Below are positions 41,495 to 54,772 of a stretch of DNA of 64,000 nt, one piece after another. Numbering within the stretch: the stretch's first letter is position 1; the number at the start of each line of letters is the position of its first letter. Source of the DNA: Raillietiella orientalis (Eukaryota). The notes beneath the pieces are model-generated. The model was not told the origin of the DNA. It searched no databases and saw nothing but the letters and a program-made list of their open reading frames with translations. The stretch is taken from assembly GCA_036172245.1 (NCBI GenBank), contig JAYWIR010000125.1, forward strand, positions 1 through 64,000, given 5' to 3'. Made by a program: the position numbers and the translations under genes.

Positions 41495-44400
41495 GTGTTG
41501 CAACATGTGGTCTCATGATAGCTTGCGAAAAAGTCAATAGTTTGAAATTTTATTCATAGTCAAGGAAACCAATGTTGCAATCCAAAGAGCCATGATTGAG
41601 ATTAATTGTATTTCAGAAAATAACATATTTTCGCATGTGTTCAAAATCATGTTTACCATTGCAAAAAGCCTTGGTGTCTTACTTACATACAAGAAAATTG
41701 ACGTTGGCGACAATGGAAAAGACGAAAAAGTGCTAATCAGAGGTTTCAAAACACATTGGAATATGGTGTGAAAAGTTAAAGACGGAGCGTCTGAAGATGC
41801 CAGAAGAGGATATAGAAGCTTCGTTTGGTTTGCTGTTCTCATGCGAAGAGGCTGTACATACAACAGATTATACTATAAATTCAATCGGCTTTAACAAACC
41901 GAGAGTACGTTCTGTTGTGTAGGAAGCAGTTGCAAGCAAATCAACATTTAAGCTTCTGCAAACGCATGACAACCGCGTTCTACGAAGTTCGTTGAGATTA
42001 TCAGTGCTTAAGGAAGGATAAAACAACAGGTATGGATATGCATAGATGATCCTAATCCTAGGTGTGCGCACAGTGGTGTGCAAACAAAAGGAATTTCTGT
42101 TATGGATAAAAAACATGAAGCGGACCATTACAAAAGAAATCAAGACATTATTTATGAAAGGCATTGTAGATAGCACCAAAATTGGCGAAGCAGTGGTTGC
42201 CGAATGGTCGTCGATACGAAATATGCAACTGGTACACTCATGTCAAAGAGTCGGTTCTTACAGTTTCATATTTTGAAATCTCGTAACAGAATTCAGGTAG
42301 CAAGAGTGGAAATCTGAGATCGGATCTCTTATGTCTAATCATGTTTTCAACTTAGGTGTGCACAATGGATCCAGTTGAAGACGATCAAAGAAGAGAGCAA
42401 TGCTGTAATTTGACGGAAACCTTTCCTCTTCCTTCATATTGTTAGTGACTTCTGCAGGGAATTTGATCTGCCGTGAAAATTGATATCTTTAGATGGCTTG
42501 GTTTGTTGTTGCAGGGTCAGCAAAATACGCGTTCCACAATAGAGTATCCATCTTCATACTGCATACATTTTCTCCGTTAACATGTGAATTGGAAAAAATA
42601 GTGTTGCAACATGTGGTCTCATGATAGCTTGCGAAAAAGTCAATAGTTTGAAGTGTTATTCATTGTCAAGGAAACCAATGTTGCAATCCAAGGACTCATC
42701 ATTGAGGTTAACCGTATATCAGAAACGAAGAATATTTTCGCGTGTGTTCCAAATTATGTTTACCTCTGCAAAAAGCCTTGTGTGTCTTACTTACATAAAA
42801 GAAAATCTACGTTGCCCACAATGGAAAAGACGAAAAAGTGGAAATCAGAGGATTCGAAACACATTGGAATATGGTGTGAAAAGTTAAATTCGGAGCGTCT
42901 GAAGATGCCAGAAGAGGATATAGAAGCTTCGTTTTGTTTGCTGTTCTCATGCGAAGCAGCTGTACATACAACAGATTATACTAAAAATTCAATCGGCATT
43001 AACAAACCGAGAATACGTTCTGTTGTGTAGCAAGCACCTGCAAGCAAATAAACATTTCAACTTCTGCAAACGCATGAAAACCGCGTTCTACGAAGTTCGT
43101 TGAGATTAGCAGTGCTGAAGAAAGGATAATACAACAGGTATAGATATGCAAAGATGATCCTAATCCTAGGTGTGCTCATGTGGTGTGCAAACAAAAGGAA
43201 TTTCTGTTATGGATAAAAGACATGAAGCGGACCATTGAAAAAGAAATGAAGACATCATTTATAAAAAGCATTACAGATAGCACCAAAATTGGCGAGGCAG
43301 TGGTTGCCGAATGGTCGTCGATACGAAATATGCAACTGGTACACTCATGTCAAAGAGTCGTTTCTTACAGTTTCATATTTTAAATCTAGTAACTGAATTC
43401 TGGTAGCAAGAATGGAATTCTTAGATCGGATCTCTTATGTGTAATCATGTTGGCATCTTAGGTGTACACAATGGATACAGTTGAAGACGATCAAAGAAGA
43501 GAGCAATGCAGTAATTTGACGGAAACCTTTCCTCTTCCTTCATATTGTTAGTGACTTCTATACGGAATTTGATCTTTCGTGAAAATTGATATCTTTAGAT
43601 TGCTTGGTTTGTTTTTGCAGGGTCAGCAAAATACGCGTTGCACAAAAGAGTATCCATCTGCATACTGCATACATTTTCTCCGTTAACATGTGAATTGGAA
43701 AAAATAGGGTTCAAACATGTAGTCTATTGATACCTTGCGAAAAAATCAAGAGTTTGAAATTTTATTCATCGTCAAGGAAACCAATGTTGCAATCCAAAGA
43801 CCCATCATTGAGGTTGACCGTATTTCAGAAACGAAAGATATTTTCGCATGTGTTCCAAATTATGTTTACCACAGCAAAAAGCCTTGTGTGTCTTACTTAC
43901 ATACAAGAAAATCGACGTTGCCGACAATGGAAAAGACGAAAAAGTTGAAATCAGAGGTTTCGAAACACATTGGAATATGGTATGAAAAGTTAAAGACGGA
44001 GCGTCTGAAGATGCCAGAAGAGGATATAGAAGCTTCGTCTCGTTTGGTGTTCTTATGAAAAGCCGCTGCACTCACAACAGATTGAATTCTAAATTCAATC
44101 GGTATTAAACAACGAAGAATACGTTGTGTTGTTTAGCAAACACTTGTAAGCAAATTACCATTTCAAAATCTCCACACATATCACAACCGCGTTATACGAA
44201 GTTTGCCAAGTTCAGCAGTGCTTATGGAAGGATAAAACAACAGGTTTGGAAATGCATAGATGAGGCTAATCCTAAGTGGGCGTTTAGTGGTGTGCAAACA
44301 AAAGCACTTTCCGTTATGGATAAAAGACATGAAGCAGAGCATTACAAAAAAAATCTTCACATCATTTATGAAAATAATTATAGATACGACCAAAATTGGC

Positions 44401-47400
44401 GAAGCATTGGTCGCCGAATGGACGTCGATACCAAATATGCAACTGGTGCACTCAGCGCAAAGAGACGCTTGTTACAATTTCATACTGTTGAAATTTCGAA
44501 ACTGAATTGTCGTAGCAAGGATGGAATTCTAAGAAGAGACCTCTTATGTCTAATCACGTAGGCACCTAAGCACTTGAAAACGGATTCAGTTCAAGATGAT
44601 CAAAGGAGGGAGCAATGCTGCAAACCGTATAAAACCATTCCTCTTCCTACATATTGTTAGTGACCTCTGCGCGTAATTTGTTCTGTCGAAGAAATTGAGA
44701 TCTTTAGTTGGCTTGGTTTCTTCTTGCAGGCTCAACAAAATGCGCGTTGCTCGAAAGAATATCCATTTGCATACTGCATACAGTTTCTCTGTAAGAATGT
44801 GAACTAAAAACAACAGCGTTTAAAAAGTTGGTCTTCAGATTGCTTGCGAAGAAATGAATAGTTTGAAATTTTATTTATTGTCAAGGAAACCAATGTTGCA
44901 GACGGAAGACCAATCATTGAGATTCATCGTATTTCAGAAAAAAAAGATACTTTTGCACGTGTTTCAAAATATGTTTGACATGGCAAAATGGATTTGAAAT
45001 ATTGTTCCCGTAGAAGAAGATCGCCGATTCCGACAATGGAATAGACAGGAAAGCGGAAAACTAAGATATTGAAAAATACTGGGAAATCGTTTGAAAAGTT
45101 GGAGCTGAATCGTCAGAAGAGGCCAGAAGAGGATACAAAAGGTTCGTTACTTTTGCTGTTCTCATGCGAAGCAGCTGTACATACAACAGATTATACTATA
45201 AATTCAATCGGCATTCACAAACCGAGAATACGTTCTGTTATGTAGCAAGCACTTGCGATCAAATCAACATTTCAACCTCTCCACACATATCACAACCACG
45301 TTATGCGAAGTTTGCCAAGTTCAGCAGTGCTTATGGAAGGATAAAAGAACAGGTTTGCAAATGCATAGATGAGGCTAATCCTAAGTGGGCGTTTAGTGGT
45401 GTGCGAACAAAAGCAATTTCTGTTAGGGATGAAAGGCATGAAGCAGACCATTACAAAAGAAATCACGACATCATTAATGAAAGGCATTATAGATACGACG
45501 AAAATTGGCGAAGCATTGGTTGCCGAATGGTCGTGGATACGAAATTTGCAACTGGCACGTCCATCTCAAAGAGACGCTTCTTACAGTTTCATACTTTCGA
45601 AATCTCGTAACTGAATTCTGGTAGCAAGAATGGAATTCTGAGAACGGATCTCTTATGTCTAATCACGTTGCAATCTAAGGTGAACACAATGGATTCAGTT
45701 GAAGAAGATCAAAGAGGAGAGCAATGCTGCAATTTGTGGAAAACCTTTCCTCTTCCTTCATATTGTTAGTGACTTCTGCGCGGAATTTGATCTGTCGTGA
45801 AAATTGATATCTTTAGATGGCTTGGTTTGTGGTTGCAGGGTCAGCAAAATACGCGTTGCACAGAAGAGTATCCATCTGCATACTACATAGATTTTCTCCG
45901 TGAACATGTGAAATGAAAACAATAGTGTTGCAACATGTGGTCTCATAATAGCTTGCGATAAAGCCAATAGTTTGAAATTTTATTCATTGTCAAGGAAACC
46001 AATGTTGCAATCCAAAGAGCCATGATTGAGATTAATTGTATTTCAGAAAATAACATATTTTCGCATGTGTTCCAAATTATGTTTACCACAGCAAAAAGCC
46101 TTGTGTGTCTTACTAACATACAAGAAAATCGACGTTGCCCACAATGGAAAAGACGAAAAAGTGTAAATCAGAGGTTTCGAAACACATTTGAATATGGTGT
46201 GAAAAGTTAAAGACGGAGCGTCTGAAGATGGCAGAAGAGGATATAGAAGCTTCGTCTCGTTTGGTATTCTCATGCGAAGCAGCTATACATACAACAGATT
46301 ATACTATAACTTCAATCGGCATTAACAAATCGAGAATACGTTCTGTTGTGTAGCAAGCACTTGCAAGCAAATCAACATTTCAACCTCTGCACACGCATGA
46401 CAACCGCGTTATACGAAGTTCGTTAAGATCAGCAGTGCTTATGGAAGGATAAAACAACAGCTCTGAAAATGCATGGATGATCCTAATCCTAGGTGTGCGT
46501 ATAGTGGTGTGCAAACTGAAGCAATTTCTGTTATAAATGAAAGGCATGAAGCAGACCATTACGAAAGAATTCACGACATTATTTATGAAAAACATTGTAG
46601 ATAGCACCAAAATTGGCGAAGCAGTGGTTGCCGAATGGTCGTCGGTACGAAATATGCAACTGGTACACTCATTTCAAAGAGTCGGTTTATACAGTTTCAT
46701 ATTTTAAAATCTCGTAACTCAATTCTGGTAGCAGGAATGGAATTCTGAGATCGGATCTCTTATGTCTAGTCATGTTGGCATCTAAGGTGTAAACAATGGA
46801 TCCAGTTGAAGACGATCAAAGAAGAGAGCAATGCTGCAATTTGTCGGAAACCTTTCCTCTTTCTTCATATTGTTAGTGACTTCTGACAGGGAATTTGATC
46901 TGCCGTGAAAATTGATATCTTTAGATGGCTTGGTTTGTTGTTGCAGGGTCAGCAAAATACGCGTTGCACAAAAGAGTATCCATTTGCATACTGCATACAT
47001 TTTCTCCGTTAACATGTGAATTGAAAAAATAGTGTTGCAACATGTGGTCCCATGATAGCTTGCGAAAAAGTCAATAGTTTGAAATTTTATTCATTGTCAA
47101 GGAAACCAATGTTGCAATCCAAAGAGCCATGATTGAGATTAATTGTATTTCAGAAAACAACATATTTTCGGATGTGTTCGAAATTATGTTTACTATTGCA
47201 AAAAGCCTTGGTGTCTTACTTACATACAAGAAAATTGACGTTGGCGACAATGGAAAAGACGAAAAAGTGGTAATTAGAGGTTTCAAAACACATTGGAATA
47301 TGGTGTGAAAAGTTAAAGACGGAGCGTCTGAAGATGCCAGAAGAGGATATAGAAGCTTCGTTTGGTTTGCTGTTCTCATGCGAAGCAGCTGTACGTACAA

Positions 47401-50400
47401 CAGATTATACTACAAATTCAATCGGCATTAACAAACCGAGAATACGTTCTGTTGTGTAGCAAGCACTTGCAAGCAAATCAACATTTCAACCTCTGCACAC
47501 GCATGACAACCGCGTTATACGAAGTTCGTTAAGATTAGCAGTGCTTATGGAAGGATAAAAAAACAGCTTTGAAAATGCATAGATGATCCTAATCCTAGGT
47601 GTGCGTATAGTGGTGTGGAAACAGAAGCACTTTCTGTTATGGATGAAAGGCATGAAGCAGACCATTAGAAAAGAATTCACCACATTATTTTTAAAAGGCA
47701 TTGTAGATAGCACCAAAATTGGCGAAGAAGTGGTTGCCGAATGGTCGTCGATACGAATTATGCAACTGGTACACTCATGTCAAAGAGTCGGTTTATACAG
47801 TTTCATATTTTAAAATCTCGTAACTCAATTCTGGTAGCAGGAATGGAATTCTGAGATCGGATCTCTTATGTCTAATCATGTTGGCATCTAAGGTGTACAC
47901 AATGGATCCAGTTGAAGACGATCAAAGAAGAGAGCAATGCTGCAATTTGTCGGAAACCTTTCCTCTTTCTTCATATTGTTAGTGACTTCTGCAGGGAATT
48001 TGATCTGCCGTGAAAATTGATATCTTTAGATGGCTTGGTTTGTTGTTGCAGGGTCAGCAAAATACGCGTTGCACAAAAGAGTATCCATTTGCATACTGCA
48101 TACATTTTCTCCGTTAACATGTGAATTGGAAAAAATAGTGTTGCAACATGTGGTCTCATGATAGCTTGCGAAAAAGTCAATAGTTTGAAATTTTATTCAT
48201 TGTCAAGGAAACCGATGTTGCAATCCATAGAGCCATGATTGAGATTAATTGTATTTCAGAAAATAACATATTTTCGCATGTGTTCAAAATTATGTTTACC
48301 ATTGCAAAAAGCCTTGGTGTCTTACTTACATACAAGAAAATTGACGTTGCCGACAATGGAAAAGACGAAAAAGTGGTAATCAGAGGTTTCAAAACACATT
48401 TGAATATGGTGTGAAAAGTTAAAGACGGAGCGTCTGAAGATGCCAGAAGAGGATATAGAAGCTTCGTTTGGTTTGCTGTTCTCATGCGAAGCAGCTGTAC
48501 GTACAACAGATTATACTATAAATTCAATCGGCATTAACAAACCGAGAATACGTTCTGTTGTGTAGCAAGCACTTGCAAGCAAATCAACATTTCAACCTCT
48601 GCACACGCATGACAACCGCGTTACACGAAGTTCGTTAAGATTAGCAGTGCTTATGGAAGGATAAAAAAACAGCTTTGAAAATGCATAGATGATAATAATC
48701 CTAGGTGTGCGTATAGTGGTGTGCAAACAGAAGCACTTTCTGTTATGGATGAAAGGCATGAAGCAGACCTTTAGAAAAGAATTCACGACATTATTTTTAA
48801 AAGGCATTGTAGATAGCACCAAAATTCGCGAAGAAGTGGTTGCCGAATGGTCGTCTATACGAAATATGCAACTGGTACACTCATGTCAAAGAGTCGGTTT
48901 TTACAGTTTCATATTTTGAAATCTCGTAACTCAATTCTGGTAGCAAGAATGGAATTCTGAGATCGGATCTCTTATGTCTAATCATGTTGGCATCTAAGGT
49001 GTACACAATGGATCCAGTTGAAGACGATCAAAGAAGAGAGCAATGCTGCAATTTGTCGGAAACCTTTCCTCTTTCTTAATATTGTTAGTGACTTCTGCAG
49101 GGAATGTGATCTGCCGTGAAAATTGATATCTTTAGATGGCTTGGTTTGTTGTTGCAGGGTCAGCAAAATACGCGTTGCACAAAAGAGTATCCATCTGCAT
49201 ACTGCATACATTTTCTCCGTTAACATATGAATTGGAAAAAATAGTGTTGCAACATGTGGTCCCATAATAGCTTGCGAAAAAGTCAATAGTTTGAAATTTT
49301 ATTCATTGTCAAGGAAACCAATGTTGCAATCCAAAGAGCCATGATTGAGATTAATTGTATTTCAGAAAACAACATATTTTCGCATGTGTTCGAAATTATG
49401 TTTACTATTGCAAAAAGCCTTGGTGTCTTACTTACATAGAAGAAAATTGACGTTGCCGACAATGGAAAAGACGGAAAAGTGGTAATTAGAGGTTTCAAAG
49501 CACATTGGAATATGGTGTGAAAAGTTAAAGACGGAGCGTCTGAAGATGCCAGAAGAGGATATAGAAGCTTCGTTTGGTTTGCTGTTCTCATGCGAAGCAG
49601 CTGTACGTACAACAGATTATACTACAAATTCAATCGGCATTAACAAACCGAGAATACGTTCTGTTGTGTAGCAAGCACTTGCAAGCAAATCAAAATTTCA
49701 ACCTCTGCACACGCATGACAACCGCGTTATACGAAGTTCGTTAAGATTAGCAGTGCTTATGGAAGGATAAAAAAACAGCTTTGAAAATGCATAGATGATT
49801 CTAATCCTAGGTGTGCGTATAGTGGTGTGGAAACAGAAGCACTTTCTGTTATGGATGAAAGACATGATGGAGACCATTACAAAAGAATTCACGACATTAT
49901 TTATGAAAGGCATTGTAGATAGCACCAAAATTGGAGAAGCAGTGGTTGCCGAATGGTCGTGGATACGAAATATGCAACTGGTACACTCATGTCAAAGTGT
50001 CGGTTCTTACAGTTTCATATTTTGAAATCTCGTAACTGAATTATGGTAGCAAGAATGGAATTCTGAGATCGGATCTCTTATGTCTAATCAGGTTGGCATC
50101 TAAGGTGTACACAATGGATCCAATTGAAGACGATCAAACAAGAGAGCAATGCTGCAATTTGTCGGAAACCTTTCCTCTTTCTTCATATTGTTAGTGACCT
50201 CTGCAAGGAATTTGATCTGCCGTGAAAATTGATATCTTTAGATGGCTTGGTTTGTTGTTGCAGGGTCAGCAAAATACGCGTTGCACAAAAGAGTATCCAT
50301 TTGCATACTGCATACATTTTCTCCGTTAACATGTGAATTGGAAAAAATAGTGTTGCAACATATGGTCTCATGATAGCTTGCGAAAAAGTCAATAGTTTGA

Positions 50401-53400
50401 AATTTTATTCATTGTGAAGGAAACCAATGTTGCAATCCAAAGAGCCATGATTGAGATTAATTGTATTTCAGAAAATAACATATTTTCGCATGTGTTTAAA
50501 ATTATGTTTACCATTGCAAAAAGCCTTGGTGTCTTACTTACATACAAGAAAATTGACGTTGCCGACAATGGAAAAGACGAAAAAGTGGTAATCAGAGGTT
50601 TCAAAACACATTTGAATATGGTGTGAAAAGTTAAAGACGGAGCGTCTGAAGATGCCAGAAGAGGATATAGAAGCTTCGTTTGGTTTGCTGTTCTCATGCG
50701 AAGCAGCTGTACGTACAACAGATTATACTATAAATTCAATCGGCATTAACAAACCGAGAATACGTTCTGTTGTGTAGCAAGCACTTGCAAGCAAATCAAC
50801 ATTTCAACCTCTGCACACGCATGACAACCGCGTTATACGAAGTTCGTTAAGATTAGCAGTGCTTATGGAAGGATAAAAAAACAGCTTTGAAAATGCATAG
50901 ATGATCCTAATCCTAGGTGTGCGTATAGTGGTGTGCAAACAGAAGCACTTTCTGTTATGGATGAAAGGCATGAAGCAGACCATTAGAAAAGAATTCACGA
51001 CATTATTTTTAAAAGGCATTGTAGATAGCACCAAAATTGGCGAAGAAGTGGTTGCCGAATGGTCGTCGATACGAAATATGCAACTGGTACACTCATGTCA
51101 AAGAGTCGGTTTTTACAGTTTCATATTTTGAAATCTCGTAACTCAATTCTGGTAGCAAGAATGGAATTCTGAGATCGGATCTCTTATGTCTAATCATGTT
51201 GGCATCTAAGGTGTACTGAATGGATCCAGTTGAAGACGATCAAAGAAGAGAGCAATGCTGCAATTTGTCGGAAACCTTTCCTCTTTCTTAATATTGTTAG
51301 TGACTTCTGCAGGGAATTTGATCTGCCGTGAAAATTGATATCTTTAGATGGCTTGGTTTGTTGTTGCAGGGTCAGCAAAATACGCGTTGCACAAAAGAGT
51401 ATCCATTTGCATACTGCATACATTTTCTCCGTTAACATGTGAATTGGAAAAAATAGTGTTGCAACATGTGGTCTCATAATAGCTTGCGAAAAAGTCAATA
51501 GTTTGAAATATTATTCATTGTCAAGGAAACCAATGTTGCAATCCAAAGAGCCATGATTGAGATTAATTGTATTTCAGAAAATAACATATTTTCGCATGTG
51601 TTCGAAATCATGTTTACCATTGCAAAAAGCCTTGGTGTCTTACTTACATACAAGAAAATTGACGTTGCCGACAATGGAAAAGACGAAAAAGTTTTAATCA
51701 GAGGTTTCAAAACACATTTGAATATGGTGTGAAAAGTTAAAGACGGAGCGTCTGAAGATGCCAGAAGAGGATATAGAAGCTTCGTTTGGTTTGCTGTTCT
51801 CATGCGAGGCAGCTGTACGTACAACAGATTATACTACAAATTCAATCGGCATTAACAAACCGAGAATACGTTCTGTTGTGCAGCAAGCACTTGCAAGCAA
51901 ATCAACATTTCAACCTCTGCACACGCCTGACAACGGCGTTATACGAAGTTCGTTAAGATTAGCAGTGCTTATGGAAGGATAAAAAACAGCTTTGAAAATG
52001 CATAGATGATCCTAATCCTAGGTGTGCGTATAGTGGTGAGCAAACAGAAGCACTTTCTGTTATGGATGAAAGGCATGAAGCAGACCATTGGAAAAGAATT
52101 CACGACATTATTTTTAACAGGCATTGTAGATAGCAGCAAAATTGGCGAAGAAGTGGTTGCCGAATGGTCGTCGATACGAATTATGCAACTGGTACACTCA
52201 TATCAAAGAGTCGGTTTATACAGTTTCATATTTTAAAATCTCGTAACTCAATTCTGGTAGCAGGAATGGAATTCCGAGATCGGATCTCTTATGTCCAATC
52301 ATGTTGGCATCTAAGGTGTACACAATGGATCCAGTTGAAGACGATCAAAGAAGAGAGCAATGCTGCAATTTGTCGGAAACCTTTCCTCTTTCTTCATATT
52401 GTTAGTGACTTCTGGCAGGGAATTTGATCTGCCGTGAAAATTGATATCTTTAGATGGCTTGGTTTGTTGTTGCAGGGTCAGCAAAATACGCGTTGCACAA
52501 AAGAGTATCCATTTGCATACTGCATACATTTTCTCCGTTAACATATGAATTGGAAAAAATAGTGTTGCAACATGTGGTCCCATAATAGCTTGCGAAAAAG
52601 TCAATAGTTTGAAATTTTATTCATTGTCAAGGAAACCAATGTTGCAATCCAAAGAGCCATGATTGAGATTTATTGTATTTCAGAAAACAACATATTTTCG
52701 CATGTGTTCGAAATTATGTTTACTATTGCAAAAAGCCTTGGTGTCTTACTTACATAGAAGAAAATTGACGTTGCCGACAATGGAAAAGACGGAAAAGTGG
52801 TAATTAGAGGTTTCAAAGCACATTGGAATATGGTGTGAAAAGTTAAAGACGGAGCGTCTGAAGATGCCAGAAGAGGATATAGAAGCTTCGTTTGGTTTGC
52901 TGTTCTCATGCGAAGCAGCTGTACGTACAACAGATTATACTACAAATTCAATCGGCATTAACAAACCGAGAATACGTTCTGTTGTGTAGCAAGCACTTGC
53001 AAGCAAATCAAAATTTCAACCTCTGCACACGCATGACAACCGCGTTATACGAAGTTCGTTAAGATTAGCAGTGCTTATGGAAGGATAAAAAAACAGCTTT
53101 GAAAATGCATAGATGATTCTAATCCTAGGTGTGCGTATAGTGGTGTGGAAACAGAAGCACTTTCTGTTATGGATGAAAGACATGATGGAGACCATTACAA
53201 AAGAATTCACGACATTATTTATGAAAGGCATTGTAGATAGCACCAAAATTGGAGAAGCAGTGGTTGCCGAATGGTCGTGGATACGAAATATGCAACTGGT
53301 ACACTCATGTCAAAGTGTCGGTTCTTACAGTTTCATATTTTGAAATCTCGTAACTGAATTATGGTAGCAAGAATGGAATTCTGAGATCGGATCTCTTATG

Positions 53401-54772
53401 TCTAATCAGGTTGGCATCTAAGGTGTACACAATGGATCCAATTGAAGACGATCAAAGAAGAGAGCAATGCTGCAATTTGTCGGAAACCTTTCCTCTTTCT
53501 TCATATTGTTAGTGACCTCTGCAAGGAATTTGATCTGCCGTGAAAATTGATATCTTTAGATGGCTTGGTTTGTTGTTGCAGGGTCAGCAAAATACGCGTT
53601 GCACAAAAGAGTATCCATTTGCATACTGCATACATTTTCTCCGTTAACATGTGAATTGGAAAAAATAGTGTTGCAACATGTGGTCTCATGATAGCTTGCG
53701 AAAAAGTCAATAGTTTGAAATTTTATTCATTGTGAAGGAAACCAATGTTGCAATCCAAAGAGCCATGATTGAGATTAATTGTATTTCAGAAAATAACATA
53801 TTTTCGCATGTGTTTAAAATTATGTTTACCATTGCAAAAAGCCTTGGTGTCTTACTTACATACAAGAAAATTGACGTTGCCGACAATGGAAAAGACGAAA
53901 AAGTGGTAATCAGAGGTTTCAAAACACATTTGAATATGGTCTGAAAAGTTAAAGACGGAGCGTCTGAAGATGCCAGAAGAGGATATAGAAGCTTCGTTTG
54001 GTTTGCTGTTCTCATGCGAAGCAGCTGTACGTACAACAGATTATACTATAAATTCAATCGGCATTAACAAACCCAGAATACGTTCTGTTTTGCAGCAAGC
54101 ACTTGCAAGCAAATCAACATTTCAACCTCTGCACACGCCTGACAACGGCGTTATACGAAGTTCGTTAAGATTAGCAGTGCTTATGGAAGGATAAAAAACA
54201 GCTTTGAAAATGCATAGATGATCCTAATCCTAGGTGTGCGTATAGTGGTGTGGAAACAGAAGCACTTTCTGTTATGGATGAAAGGCATGAAGCAGACCAT
54301 TAGAAAAGAATTCACGACATTATTTTTAAAAGGCATTGTAGATAGCACCAAAATTGGCGAAGCAGTGGTTGCCGAATGGTCGTCGATACGAAATATGCAA
54401 CTGGTACACTCATGTCAAAGAGTCGGTTCTTACAGTTTCATATTTTGAAATCTCGTAACTGAATTCTGGTAGCAAGAATGGAATTCTGAGGAAGGATCTC
54501 TTCTGTCTAATCACGTTGGCATCAAAACTGTACACAATGGATTCAGTTGAAGATGATCAAAGAAAAGAACTATGCTGCAATTTGTCGGAAACCTTTCCTC
54601 TTCCTTCATATTGTTAGTGACTTCTGCACGGAATTTGATCTGTCGTGAAAACTGATATCTTTAGTTGGCTTGGTTTGTTGTTGCAGGGTCAGGAAAATAC
54701 GCGTTGCACAAAAGAGTATCCATCTGCATACTACATACATTTTCTACGTAAAACTGTAAAATGGAAACAATG
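40707..54772. repeat. HOR cycle 3 (13 monomers: E-truncated, B', H, D1, D2, J, A, A, G, A, K, G, A')
   Basis: E ~41043, H ~42646, D1 ~44260, J ~46461, G ~49863, K ~52033, second G ~53181. ORF-track translations match cycle 1 at constant offsets of 22696 and then 23802. Confidence 0.8.
43706..45936. repeat. Diverged D1-D2 pair, copy 3
   Basis: Nearly identical to copy 1 at offset 22696 (identical 145-aa and 148-aa chance translations). Confidence 0.9.
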
